A stretch of DNA of 64,000 bases, taken from Bacteroidota bacterium (GTDB lineage: Bacteria; Bacteroidota; Bacteroidia; NS11-12g; UBA955). The notes below the pieces were generated by a model. The model saw only the letters and a list, made by a program, of their open reading frames with translations. It was not told the DNA's origin and ran no database searches. Position 1 is the first letter of the stretch; each line of letters opens with the position of its first letter. The position numbers were made by a program, and so were the translations under genes. The stretch is from positions 10,193-74,192 of the forward strand of contig JAIXYV010000052.1 of the NCBI GenBank assembly GCA_027490055.1. The letters are read 5' to 3'. Positions 54,592 to 63,489 of the stretch are shown piece after piece.

Positions 54592-56109
54592 TTGAAAAGA
54601 CGCTTACATATCCTCCTGTCAGGCCTGATAATTGGTGGGATATTGCTCGTGTCTTCCTGTAAACCTAAAAAAGCTGCTCAGGCTGCTATCGGTAGCCATC
54701 AGGGTGAAATCTCTTTTGATGATTATTTTATTGATGCTACTACCCACTTCAATAATAGTAATTATCCCATGGCGCTTAAACTTTACAATAAGTGCCTAGA
54801 TCTTAAACCCAATGAAGCCAGCGTTTACTATCAGCTTAGTCGCATCTACAATACTGATAATAACATTGAAAAATCTCTGCAGTTTGCTCTGAAAGCCAAT
54901 CAGATCGATGCCGCAAACCCATACTATGCCATGTGGTACGGCCGATTGCTCAGAAATATTAATAATGTCAGTGAAGCAATCAATGTACTCGAAACCTGCA
55001 GAAAATTAAATCCAAAAGATGAGTATGTTGTAAAAGATCTGGATGCTGTTTACGCTTTGCAAAGCGCCACTGATAAAAGGATTGCTATCTGGAAAGATCT
55101 AATTCAGGCCAAGGGCTTTAAACTGAATTATAACATCAAACTGATTGAACTCTATAAACAGAAAAAAGATTTTAATTCGGCACATCTGCAATACGATGAA
55201 ATTAAAAAAGCAGCTCCTGGTAAGGCTCAGTATTTTATTGAAGATGGCAATTTGTATCTGGAAAATGGCGATAAAACAAATGCCTTTATCAACTTTGAAA
55301 AAGCCCTTACTATTAATCCCAATAACTGGTTGTTAAACCAAACCTTGTACAAACATTATCAGTCAGAAAAAAATACAAGCATGGCTGTTAAATATCTGCT
55401 TACCGGACTGAATGATCCTTATACCAGATTTGAAACTAAAGCTGTACTTGCTGCTGAAATCAATAAAAACCTAGCCGCAGATTCATCTCTTAAACCCTAT
55501 ACTTTATTGTTTGCAAATGCCTTCGCCGAGCAATATCCGGATAATGCTAATGCACTAAATACGGCTGCTGGCTTTTACGAACTCAATAAACAATTCTTAA
55601 AGGCTGACATTAGCTATACCAGGTCTATTAACCTGATGCCAAACACGTACGATGCCTGGTTAGGTGCTATCCGCTGTCACCAAACCTTGTATGGCCCTCA
55701 AAAAACTTTGCTTTTAATAGACTCTGCTCTCGAATACTTCCCAAATACTGCCTCCCTTTATACATTGGCTGCTGCTAATGCTTCTCAGTTAAAAAACTGG
55801 AATAGTGTGATCAATTATACCGGCTCGGGACTAAGTTTTGCGTTACTTTCTGCAGATATTCAGAATTTGACCTACTATAAAGCGAAGGCTGAGTTCTTTA
55901 AAAATGATTTTAAAACCGCCCTGCAAACACTCAATTCAGGTAACTTTAACAATGATAGTGAAGGCAGGTACTTCGACCTTTTAGGCGATGTCTACTTTAA
56001 ACTTAATCAAACAGATCAGGCCCTCGCTCAATGGCAGAAAGCGCTTGATAAAGGTACTCCAAACAATATGCTCACTAAAAAAATTTCAGACAGAAAATAC
56101 TATGAATAA
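54592..56109 (+). CDS. Tetratricopeptide-repeat lipoprotein
   Basis: 505 aa with a TTG start, a lipobox (LVSSC) and multiple TPR units. Confidence 0.7.
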   Translation: MKRRLHILLSGLIIGGILLVSSCKPKKAAQAAIGSHQGEISFDDYFIDATTHFNNSNYPMALKLYNKCLDLKPNEASVYYQLSRIYNTDNNIEKSLQFALKANQIDAANPYYAMWYGRLLRNINNVSEAINVLETCRKLNPKDEYVVKDLDAVYALQSATDKRIAIWKDLIQAKGFKLNYNIKLIELYKQKKDFNSAHLQYDEIKKAAPGKAQYFIEDGNLYLENGDKTNAFINFEKALTINPNNWLLNQTLYKHYQSEKNTSMAVKYLLTGLNDPYTRFETKAVLAAEINKNLAADSSLKPYTLLFANAFAEQYPDNANALNTAAGFYELNKQFLKADISYTRSINLMPNTYDAWLGAIRCHQTLYGPQKTLLLIDSALEYFPNTASLYTLAAANASQLKNWNSVINYTGSGLSFALLSADIQNLTYYKAKAEFFKNDFKTALQTLNSGNFNNDSEGRYFDLLGDVYFKLNQTDQALAQWQKALDKGTPNNMLTKKISDRKYYE

Positions 56110-56875
56110 ACTGACGATCTTTTCTGTTTCTGCATTAATCATACTGGTCTCGGCATGCCGGTCTAAAAAGTCTGTTGTTGCACCTCCGGTTGTGGTAATG
56201 AAAACGGATACAGCTTCTATTATGACCGCTGAATCTTTGCTGGGTAATTCTTTAAATCAGTGGACCTGGTTCTCCTCTAAAGTAGAACTCGAGTTTGAAC
56301 AAAATGGCAATACCACCAAAGCTAGTGCTCATAGCCGTATGTATAAAGATTCGCTCATCTGGGTATCTGCAGGGATGTTTGGTGTTGAAGGCTACCGTAT
56401 CTTAATTAATAAAGACTCTATGGTCATTCTTAATAAACTCGGAAGATCCTATCAGGTAATGAGTAATCAATCTCTGGCAGGCTTAAGTGATGCGCCTTTG
56501 TCTGTAACCCAGATTCAAAATCTATTACTGGGTAAACCCGTGTTTGCCCTGAAGTTTTATAAACTGATTTTTGGTAAAGACAGTGCCCTGTCTATTCAAT
56601 ATCCTCAGCAAAAATTTACCACCTCTCATTACTACAAAAAAGCTTTTTTAACGGTTGATAGTACTTCTATCAAAAATCAATCAAGCTCTAATTTTGTAGC
56701 AAACTACAGCAACTACTCTGTGATAGATGGTATCAATTTCCCCATCAATAACGATATCTCAGCAAAATCTGTCAATAATTCACTGCGTCTAAAACTAGAG
56801 CATTCTGAAGTTGACTTTACAACTGAGGTTAATTTCCCTTTTACAATTCCGGCATCCTATGAAAAGACTAAATAA
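56102..56875 (+). CDS. DUF4292-like (LolB-fold) lipoprotein
   Basis: The start is set at MNKLTIFSVSALIILVSAC (lipobox). The pattern WFSSKVELEFEQ...MYKDSLIWVSAGMFGVEGYRILINKDSMVILNK is as in DUF4292. It overlaps the TPR gene by 8 nt. Confidence 0.65.
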   Translation: MNKLTIFSVSALIILVSACRSKKSVVAPPVVVMKTDTASIMTAESLLGNSLNQWTWFSSKVELEFEQNGNTTKASAHSRMYKDSLIWVSAGMFGVEGYRILINKDSMVILNKLGRSYQVMSNQSLAGLSDAPLSVTQIQNLLLGKPVFALKFYKLIFGKDSALSIQYPQQKFTTSHYYKKAFLTVDSTSIKNQSSSNFVANYSNYSVIDGINFPINNDISAKSVNNSLRLKLEHSEVDFTTEVNFPFTIPASYEKTK

Positions 56876-58127
56876 ACCTATTGCCTTATTTATGGCTTGT
56901 GTCATACTGTTCGCTCAGGCGCCGGCACAAACAACCCGGAAAGAACTCGAACGCCAGCGGAAGCAGACTGAAGAACAGATTGCCATCACTAAAAAAATTC
57001 TAAAAGAGACTAAAAGTAAAAAACAACAAAGTCTAAAAGAAATAACCACCCTTACACGACTCATTGAAGCAAGAGAAAACCTCCTGCAAACTATCAATAC
57101 CGAAATCGATTACGTCGGTCGCGATGTTGAACAGAAAAAAGATCAGGTGGATAGCCTCAATTCTCAAATTGATCAGGAAAAGAAAAACTATGCAAAAGCG
57201 GTTGTTCAATCCTATAAAAATAAAAAGGTATACAACAATGCCCTTTATCTTTTTGCTGCTAAATCCTTTAATCAATGGGTGCTTAGATACCGCTTCAGCA
57301 AATACCTGTCTGAAGCTCAGGAAAAATACCTGGTGAGAATCAACAATAAGAAACTGATGCTCGAAGGTCGTCTGAAAGAACTGATTGGTCTGAAACAATC
57401 CAAAGAAATTCTTGCCAAAAACAAGGAGATGGAAGTCCGCGAACTAGAGAGCGACAAGAAAGCTAAAAATAAAGTGGTAATTGCCCTAACCGGTAAAGAG
57501 GCCGAACTGAAAACTAAACTGGAAAAACAAAAGAAGGCCAAAGAGAACCTCAATGCTCAGATCAATGCTATTATTGCTAAAGAAATGCAAAAAGCCCGCG
57601 ATCAGCAAGCTAAAAAGGTAGCAAAAACCTCGGGACAAAAAACTGGTACGGATAATAAAACTAACAAAACCGAAAGTAAAACGCCTACCGTAACGCCAGA
57701 GGTTAAACTCTTGTCTGATAACTTTGCCGCTAATAAGGGCAAACTGCCTTGGCCAGTTGAAAAAGGCTTTATCAGCGAAAGATTCGGAACACATGCCCAC
57801 GAAAAACTGGATCAGGTAACCATTCAAAATAATGGGGTCGATATTCAAACCAATGCGGGATCAACTGCCAGATGCATCCATAAAGGAACTGTAACGGCAG
57901 TTATTTATATTCCAGGTATGGGCAATGCTGTTATTGTCAACCACGGCGAATACTTCACAGTGTACTCTAAACTTAAAGATGTAACGGTTTCACAAGGTCA
58001 GACTGTTAACCTCAAACAAACTATAGGCACTGTGGCCGAAGATGAAGATGGATCTACCGAGATTCACTTCGAACTATGGTATAACCAAGATAAACAAAAC
58101 CCGGAAAGCTGGCTGGCCAGAAAATAA
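56859..58127 (+). CDS. EnvC-like murein hydrolase activator / M23 peptidase with coiled-coil N-terminus
   Basis: The start is set at MKRLNKPIALFMACVILFAQAPAQ. A long coiled coil is followed by a LytM/M23 domain (NNGVDIQT..., GNAVIVNHGEYFTVYSKL). Confidence 0.8.
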   Translation: MKRLNKPIALFMACVILFAQAPAQTTRKELERQRKQTEEQIAITKKILKETKSKKQQSLKEITTLTRLIEARENLLQTINTEIDYVGRDVEQKKDQVDSLNSQIDQEKKNYAKAVVQSYKNKKVYNNALYLFAAKSFNQWVLRYRFSKYLSEAQEKYLVRINNKKLMLEGRLKELIGLKQSKEILAKNKEMEVRELESDKKAKNKVVIALTGKEAELKTKLEKQKKAKENLNAQINAIIAKEMQKARDQQAKKVAKTSGQKTGTDNKTNKTESKTPTVTPEVKLLSDNFAANKGKLPWPVEKGFISERFGTHAHEKLDQVTIQNNGVDIQTNAGSTARCIHKGTVTAVIYIPGMGNAVIVNHGEYFTVYSKLKDVTVSQGQTVNLKQTIGTVAEDEDGSTEIHFELWYNQDKQNPESWLARK

Positions 58128-58130
58128 TAT

Positions 58131-58985
58131 ATGAGTACAATGTTAAAAACGATAGGTATTGCAGGCGCTGGCACTATGGGTGCTGGTATCGCTCAGGTAT
58201 GCGCTCAAGCGAATTATAAAGTCGTCCTTTTTGATCTTAATACCAGTGTGCTTGAAAAAGCCGAAAAATCAATAGCTGCTTCTTTGGATAAACTTGTTAG
58301 TCTGGGTAAAATTACCGGCGAGCAGCAAACAAGCTTTATAAGTGCTATATCCTATACCAGTAATATCAAGGATCTGAAAGTCGATTTAATTATTGAAGCT
58401 ATTATTGAGAAACTTGAAGCTAAAATTGGCCTGTTCGAACAATTGATGGACATTAATGGTCCTGATACCATCTATGCTACCAATACCTCCTCTATCCCGG
58501 TGACCAAAATCGCGGCTCCACTTAAATACCCAACTCAGGTTTTAGGCATTCACTTCTTTAACCCTGCCCAAATCATGAAACTGGTTGAAATCATTAAAGG
58601 GGCTAAAACCAATGAAGATATTGTCAAGATTTCTGGTGAATTCGTTCTATCTTTGAATAAAGTACCTGTGTACGCTGCCGATGCTCCTGGTTTTATCGTC
58701 AACCGAATAGCACGCCTATATTATGTTGAAGGATTGAAAATGATGGAAGAAGGTGTTGCCGATTTTGAAACCATTGATAAAATTATGGAGTCATGTGGTT
58801 TTAAAATGGGACCTTTCAGACTAATGGACCTAATAGGTGTGGATACCAACTACTCTGTTACCGAAAGTCAGTACCACCTGTTTAACCATGAAGCCAGGTT
58901 CAGACCAAGTCGTATACAGAAGCAAAAAGTTGATGCTGGCTTGCACGGCCGAAAAACAAAAGAAGGATTTTATAAATATGAATAA
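58131..58985 (+). CDS. 3-hydroxyacyl-/3-hydroxybutyryl-CoA dehydrogenase
   Basis: 284 aa. It has a Rossmann motif (IGIAGAGTMGAGIA) and the HFFNPA motif. Confidence 0.87.
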   Translation: MSTMLKTIGIAGAGTMGAGIAQVCAQANYKVVLFDLNTSVLEKAEKSIAASLDKLVSLGKITGEQQTSFISAISYTSNIKDLKVDLIIEAIIEKLEAKIGLFEQLMDINGPDTIYATNTSSIPVTKIAAPLKYPTQVLGIHFFNPAQIMKLVEIIKGAKTNEDIVKISGEFVLSLNKVPVYAADAPGFIVNRIARLYYVEGLKMMEEGVADFETIDKIMESCGFKMGPFRLMDLIGVDTNYSVTESQYHLFNHEARFRPSRIQKQKVDAGLHGRKTKEGFYKYE

Positions 58986-59424
58986 ACTAATTGGCCTACT
59001 AATCGTAATATTAACTGTAAGCGCCTGCAAAAACAATAATATCAATCCTGAACCGATTGACAATGTTCCTGTGTCTATTACTCTAAATATGGCTCTGCCT
59101 TCTTACAGCCATTTGCTGGATCAGGGTACCTTTGTCTTCGAACCGGGTGGCGTTAAAGGAATAATTATTGTCCACTACACCGACGATAACTTCTATGCTT
59201 TCGACCGCAGCTGTAGCTACCAGCCTAAAACAAGCTGCGCCATTATTGAAGTTGACAGTGCTGTTAATCTCTTTAGATGTGGTCAGTCTACAAGCTCCGG
59301 CTTCCAGAAATGCTGTGATTCCAGATTCTGGATGAATGGCGAAGTTTTTGCCGGTCCTGCCGCTTATGGCCTGAAACATTACCAGGTCACGCGCAGTGGC
59401 AATCTCCTCAATATCAAAAATTAA
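58978..59424 (+). CDS. Small lipoprotein with Rieske-like fold signature but no His ligands
   Basis: The start is set at MNKLIGLLIVILTVSAC (lipobox). The C-terminal pattern is FDRSCSY...CCDSRFWMNGEVFAGPAAYGLKHYQV. It overlaps the upstream gene by 8 nt. Confidence 0.55.
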   Translation: MNKLIGLLIVILTVSACKNNNINPEPIDNVPVSITLNMALPSYSHLLDQGTFVFEPGGVKGIIIVHYTDDNFYAFDRSCSYQPKTSCAIIEVDSAVNLFRCGQSTSSGFQKCCDSRFWMNGEVFAGPAAYGLKHYQVTRSGNLLNIKN

Positions 59425-59464
59425 TTTTTTTTAAAAAAATTCTTTATAAAGTAAAACCTTTTTA

Positions 59465-59472
59465 TATATTTG
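59465..59472 (+). promoter_or_regulatory. TAnnTTTG -7 box (TATATTTG) 38 nt upstream of the OmpA-TSP3 gene
   Basis: Exact motif in an AT-rich intergenic region. Confidence 0.5.
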
Positions 59473-59510
59473 TCGAGTTATATCAACAAATTACATATAA
59501 AAAGCAGCTT

Positions 59511-61049
59511 ATGATAAAGGGAAAATTACTATTTACTATTCTTGCAATAATGTCTGTTAATCAGGCTTTTTCGCAGTCCGCAGAGAAACGACTCGGCATT
59601 GAATTAAGCGGTGGGTTAAACGAATACCAGGGCGACCTGGGTTCTGCGCTGTTCTTTGCTAAAAAGCCAAATTACCAAGGCGTTGGGTATTCTCTTAGTT
59701 ACTATTTAAATCCAAATATTGATTTGGCATTCTTTGGTTCAGGTGGAGATGTTGGTTTCTTTACCCAACTTCCTTATGTTATTCCAGAACTTTCTGATGC
59801 CTATTTCAGAGCAAACGTTGCTACTGTTAATGGTGGTATCCGTTTCAAATTCTTGAAAGACAAACCTTTCACTCCTTACATTATGTTGGGTGCCGGTGGT
59901 ATTTACTTGCACAGTAACGTAAGTCAGGATCCTAACTCTTATACTGGCGCAGCTGGTAACGTAGCAGGTGGATTTGGTCTTCAATATAGCGTTAATGAGT
60001 CTTTTGGTTTCAGATACCAATCTACTTTTAACTATACCTTCAACGATATCTGGGATGGTCAGCCTTATGCTTACCTGGTTCACACCCGTAACAAAAACAA
60101 CGATGCTTTCGCATTTCACTCTTTAGGCTTCTTCATTAACCTGCCTTACGGCGAATCTGCTGGTATGTCTGGTGGTTCAATTAAAGATAAAGATAAAGAC
60201 GGTGTTACTGATAAACTGGATAAATGTCCTAAGACTCAACCTTGGCAGTTACCTGTTGACGAAGATGGTTGCCCTAGAGACTCTGACCAGGATACTATTC
60301 CTGACTACCAAGATTCTTGCCCTTACCAATTTGGTCCTCGCAAGTTCAACGGTTGCCCAGATAAAGACAATGACGGTATCATCGATAGCAAAGACCGTTG
60401 CCCTGAAAAAGCTGGTCCAATCGAAAACAATGGTTGCCCTGACACTGATGGTGATGGTATCATCGACATCGAAGACCAATGCCCTGCCGTTAAAGGTCCT
60501 AAAGAATTCAACGGTTGCCCTGATACAGACGGTGACGGTATCGAAGACAGAAAAGACAAATGTGCTACTGTTGCCGGTCCTGCCGAAGGTGAAGGTTGCC
60601 CTGACTCAGATGGTGATGGTGTATACGACAACAAAGACGTTTGTCCTAAAGTTGCCGGTCCTACTACCAACAAAGGTTGCCCTGAGATTAAAAAAGAAGT
60701 AGTTGAAAGAATCGCATTGGCCGCTAAAGGTATCAACTTCGAAACTGGTAGCGATAAAATCTTAGCTGAATCTTTCGATGACTTAGATAACCTGGTTAAA
60801 ATCTTAAACGAATACAAAGAAGCTAAAGTATCTATCGAAGGTCATACCGACAACGTAGGTGTTCCTGCCGAAAACTTAACTTTATCTCAGAAGCGTTCTG
60901 ATGCCGTTAAAGCTTACTTAGTAAGCGCTGGTATCAGCGAAACCCGCTTAACAGCTACTGGTTACGGTGATACTAAACCAATCGCTGATAACAAAACCAA
61001 ACCTGGTAAAGCTAAAAACAGAAGAGTAGACTTCAAATTGGCCTACTAA
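59511..61049 (+). CDS. OmpA family outer-membrane protein with thrombospondin type-3 repeats
   Basis: 512 aa. It has a signal peptide, an N-terminal beta-barrel, about 7 Ca-binding TSP3 repeats (DxDxDGxxDxxDxCP), and a C-terminal OmpA domain (GHTDNVG...NLTLSQKRSDAV...NRRVDF). Confidence 0.88.
   Translation: MIKGKLLFTILAIMSVNQAFSQSAEKRLGIELSGGLNEYQGDLGSALFFAKKPNYQGVGYSLSYYLNPNIDLAFFGSGGDVGFFTQLPYVIPELSDAYFRANVATVNGGIRFKFLKDKPFTPYIMLGAGGIYLHSNVSQDPNSYTGAAGNVAGGFGLQYSVNESFGFRYQSTFNYTFNDIWDGQPYAYLVHTRNKNNDAFAFHSLGFFINLPYGESAGMSGGSIKDKDKDGVTDKLDKCPKTQPWQLPVDEDGCPRDSDQDTIPDYQDSCPYQFGPRKFNGCPDKDNDGIIDSKDRCPEKAGPIENNGCPDTDGDGIIDIEDQCPAVKGPKEFNGCPDTDGDGIEDRKDKCATVAGPAEGEGCPDSDGDGVYDNKDVCPKVAGPTTNKGCPEIKKEVVERIALAAKGINFETGSDKILAESFDDLDNLVKILNEYKEAKVSIEGHTDNVGVPAENLTLSQKRSDAVKAYLVSAGISETRLTATGYGDTKPIADNKTKPGKAKNRRVDFKLAY
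60183..60683 (+). repeat. Tandem TSP3-type coding repeats
   Basis: The gatggtga../tgccctga.. periodicity recurs. It explains the long alternative-frame ORFs listed for 60172..60817. Confidence 0.8.
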
Positions 61050-61069
61050 TCTTAAATATAATTTTAACA

Positions 61070-61098
61070 AAAAAGGCGGACCTGAGTCCGCCTTTTTT
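61070..61098 (+). terminator. Rho-independent terminator
   Basis: aaaaaggcggac-ctga-gtccgcc followed by tttttt: a 7-bp GC-rich stem plus a T6 run. Confidence 0.8.
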
Positions 61099-61108
61099 GT
61101 TTTTGCAC

Positions 61109-61116
61109 TATATTTG
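61109..61116 (+). promoter_or_regulatory. TAnnTTTG -7 box (TATATTTG) 27 nt upstream of ATG 61144
   Basis: Exact motif. Confidence 0.5.
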
Positions 61117-61143
61117 TAATACCGTATACTGATACAATTATTA

Positions 61144-62400
61144 ATGGATAAACTGGTATTAATCTGCTCATTCTTTGTCACCGTGGTTTGCGTCGTCAGA
61201 TGCTGCTTCTCGTCTAAAAAGAATATGTCAGATGCCTTCCTTAATATCTCTTTACTCGCCCTGATAGTCATTACCATTGTCTATTACCTGAACATTACTT
61301 CTTCTATCTCCGATTACCCTCACTTCTATCGCCTGGGGACGCTTTCAACCTTCGTGTATATGCCAGCGTCTTTCCTGTTTATTAAATATACCCTTGAAAA
61401 ATCGCGCTTTAAACTTGTCGATCTCCTGCTATTTCTCCCGGCCCTCATCTTTCTGATCGATTACCTGCCTTTCTTCTTTCAAAGCTCTGCAGCAAAATTA
61501 ATTGCCCTGCAATCAGATATTGCTAATCAAACCGTTTACCAGCATCTTCAATCCAGATGGATGCCCCCGGGTACCTATTATATCCTGCAAAATAGCTTCG
61601 GTGTATTGCTCGGAATTATGCAGCTGCGTCTCATCGCTCAACTCCTTAAAATTGGCGGCAAAGCCTATTATCAGGACAATGCTCATATTATTCAATGGTT
61701 TGCTGTGTGGAGTTTCCTGCTAATTGCCTCTTGCCTGCCTGATGTTTTAAAAGGTACCATTGGTGTCGAAATTGATATTAAAGAATATATCTTCGTTACA
61801 CCTTGCCTACTGCTTTACTTCCTTTACCCACTAAGTATTCTTATTAATCCCCGATTGCTATACGGTAGCAAAGGCTTTTGGATCAGTAAAGACAAGCCAT
61901 CAAAGGCTAAACAAATGCTGAATGCGCTCACTATTAGCCAGCAAAAACTTCATATTGATCAACACATCAACGATATTCTTGGACACTCCCTACAACTCCT
62001 AAAAGAATCCAGAAATAATGCTTCCCTCTCGCTAGACCTTCAGCACGATAAACAATATTTTGCCGAAGCTCAGGCCAGTCAGCTTAAAGCAACGCTTGAT
62101 AAAATCATCATTGAAAATAAAATCTATATGATGAAAAATCTTAGCTTATCCGATCTGGCAAGCGCTATGTCTATTGATCAGGTATATCTCTCTTCTTTTA
62201 TAACCCACTATATGGGTATGAGCTTTAATGAACTGATGGATACCTATCGCATTAAAGCGTTTATTGAGCATTATCGCCTTTCTGAAAATCAGGATATCAG
62301 CACCTCTGCTAAACTGGTTGGCTTCGATAATGAAAACAAGCTGCTGGAAGCCTTTAAAAAGATCACTGGCACAAATCCTCAGCAATACTTCAATCCATAG
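61144..62400 (+). CDS. Membrane-anchored AraC-family transcriptional regulator
   Basis: 418 aa. The N-terminal region of about 230 aa has about 6-7 TM segments. The C-terminus is an AraC-type HTH (LSLSDLASAMSIDQVYLSSFI...FKKITGTNPQQY). Confidence 0.75.
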   Translation: MDKLVLICSFFVTVVCVVRCCFSSKKNMSDAFLNISLLALIVITIVYYLNITSSISDYPHFYRLGTLSTFVYMPASFLFIKYTLEKSRFKLVDLLLFLPALIFLIDYLPFFFQSSAAKLIALQSDIANQTVYQHLQSRWMPPGTYYILQNSFGVLLGIMQLRLIAQLLKIGGKAYYQDNAHIIQWFAVWSFLLIASCLPDVLKGTIGVEIDIKEYIFVTPCLLLYFLYPLSILINPRLLYGSKGFWISKDKPSKAKQMLNALTISQQKLHIDQHINDILGHSLQLLKESRNNASLSLDLQHDKQYFAEAQASQLKATLDKIIIENKIYMMKNLSLSDLASAMSIDQVYLSSFITHYMGMSFNELMDTYRIKAFIEHYRLSENQDISTSAKLVGFDNENKLLEAFKKITGTNPQQYFNP

Positions 62401-62425
62401 AACAAGTCTGCTGAGGGCATAAAAA

Positions 62426-62446
62426 AAGCCCCTTTTCAGGAGCTTC
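62426..62446. terminator. Weak bidirectional hairpin between convergent genes
   Basis: aagcccct-tttc-aggagctt forms 7 of 8 bp. It is preceded by an A7 run. Confidence 0.35.
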
Positions 62447-62467
62447 TTATATATCAGTTAATAATGA

Positions 62468-62791
62468 TTAGTCTTTTTTGGTAGCTTCTACCTTTTTGTC
62501 TTTGCAACATGCGCCGCCTTTAGCTTTGTCATGTGAACAGCTTTCAGCTTTTGCAGCGTTAGCATCTTCTTTCTTGCAGCAAGATTTCTTAGCACATTGC
62601 TTTTCTGTTGCTACTGTTGCAGTTTTGGTTGTGTCTTTCGGAGTAACAGCGGTGCCGTTTGCTTTAGAAATTTCTACAGCAGTTTTAGGCTTGCTTGGTA
62701 CATTACCTGGTGTGTTGGTAGCACTTGCTTGTGCATTGGCCGCAACTGTGAATCCAATCATCAGTGCTAAGCTAAAAAGTATTTTTTTCAT
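62468..62791 (-). CDS. Small secreted Lys/Cys-rich protein
   Basis: 107 aa with signal peptide MKKILFSLALMIGFTVAANAQ. The C-terminal 42 aa carry 6 Cys (C-x4-CC ... C-x-H ... CC) in a Lys-rich context. Confidence 0.6.
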   Translation of the reverse strand: MKKILFSLALMIGFTVAANAQASATNTPGNVPSKPKTAVEISKANGTAVTPKDTTKTATVATEKQCAKKSCCKKEDANAAKAESCSHDKAKGGACCKDKKVEATKKD

Positions 62792-62832
62792 ATTATTTTT
62801 CTTTAAAATGGTTTCTTAATTAGTGTCAAAAA

Positions 62833-63489
62833 TCAAGCCAAAGTAGCAACGACAGTTTCGCCACCTCTGGTCTTCTGATTCAGTTTCACATTAATGGTCG
62901 CATCCAATGGTAAATAAATATCAATCCTTGAACCAAATTTGATGAAGCCCATCTCTGATCCCTGCTCTACCTTATCGCCTTCTTTTACATAATAAACGAT
63001 ACGCTTAGCTAGTGCACCGGCAATCTGTCTGAACAATACCTCTGCTTTAGAACCTGCTATCACTACCGTCGTTCTTTCGTTCTCGGTAGATGACTTTGGA
63101 TGCCAGGCCACTAAATATTTACCCGGATGATACTTGGCATATTTCACAATACCAGCAATCGGATTTCTGTTGACATGCACGTTTACCGGACTCATAAAAA
63201 TACTAACCTGTCTGCGCTTGTCTTTGAAATACTCTGGCTCCTCTACTTCTTCAATTACCACTACCTTGCCATCTGCTGGCGCAATTACATGGTTTTCGTT
63301 GATGACAGTATTGCGGAATGGATTTCGAAAAAACTGTACTATCAAAATGAAAAATACCAATGAAATAGATAAAACTATCTTGCTTACAAGATGCTCATCT
63401 CCAAATCCTGATAAAACAGCAATGTTGATACCCGCAAGTATCAACATTGTTATCATAATGATTTTATATCCTTCTCTGTGAATTAACAT
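62833..63489 (-). CDS. psd: Phosphatidylserine decarboxylase proenzyme (short, membrane-anchored type)
   Basis: 218 aa with two N-terminal TM segments. The self-cleavage motif FGSR lies near the C-terminus. Confidence 0.9.
   Translation of the reverse strand: MLIHREGYKIIMITMLILAGINIAVLSGFGDEHLVSKIVLSISLVFFILIVQFFRNPFRNTVINENHVIAPADGKVVVIEEVEEPEYFKDKRRQVSIFMSPVNVHVNRNPIAGIVKYAKYHPGKYLVAWHPKSSTENERTTVVIAGSKAEVLFRQIAGALAKRIVYYVKEGDKVEQGSEMGFIKFGSRIDIYLPLDATINVKLNQKTRGGETVVATLA

Noticed and set aside
55988-58977. Apparent large overlaps between consecutive ORFs (55988/56109, 56811/56875, 58837/58985)
   Set aside because: These are artefacts of the longest-ORF convention. Each downstream gene has an internal ATG followed by a canonical signal peptide or lipobox (56102, 56859, 58978). 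That leaves only 8-17-nt overlaps, typical of operons.
59422-59440. AT-only palindrome AATTTTTTTTAAAAAAATT after the lipoprotein gene
   Set aside because: It could pair, but an all-A/T stem is too weak to call a terminator. It is probably just AT-rich spacer upstream of the OmpA promoter.
60172-60817. Long alternative-frame ORFs and periodic DNA repeats that could look like a repeat array
   Set aside because: The periodicity is the coding repeat of thrombospondin type-3 Ca-binding motifs inside the OmpA gene. There are no spacers or CRISPR-like structure, and the in-frame translation is fully consistent with a known architecture.
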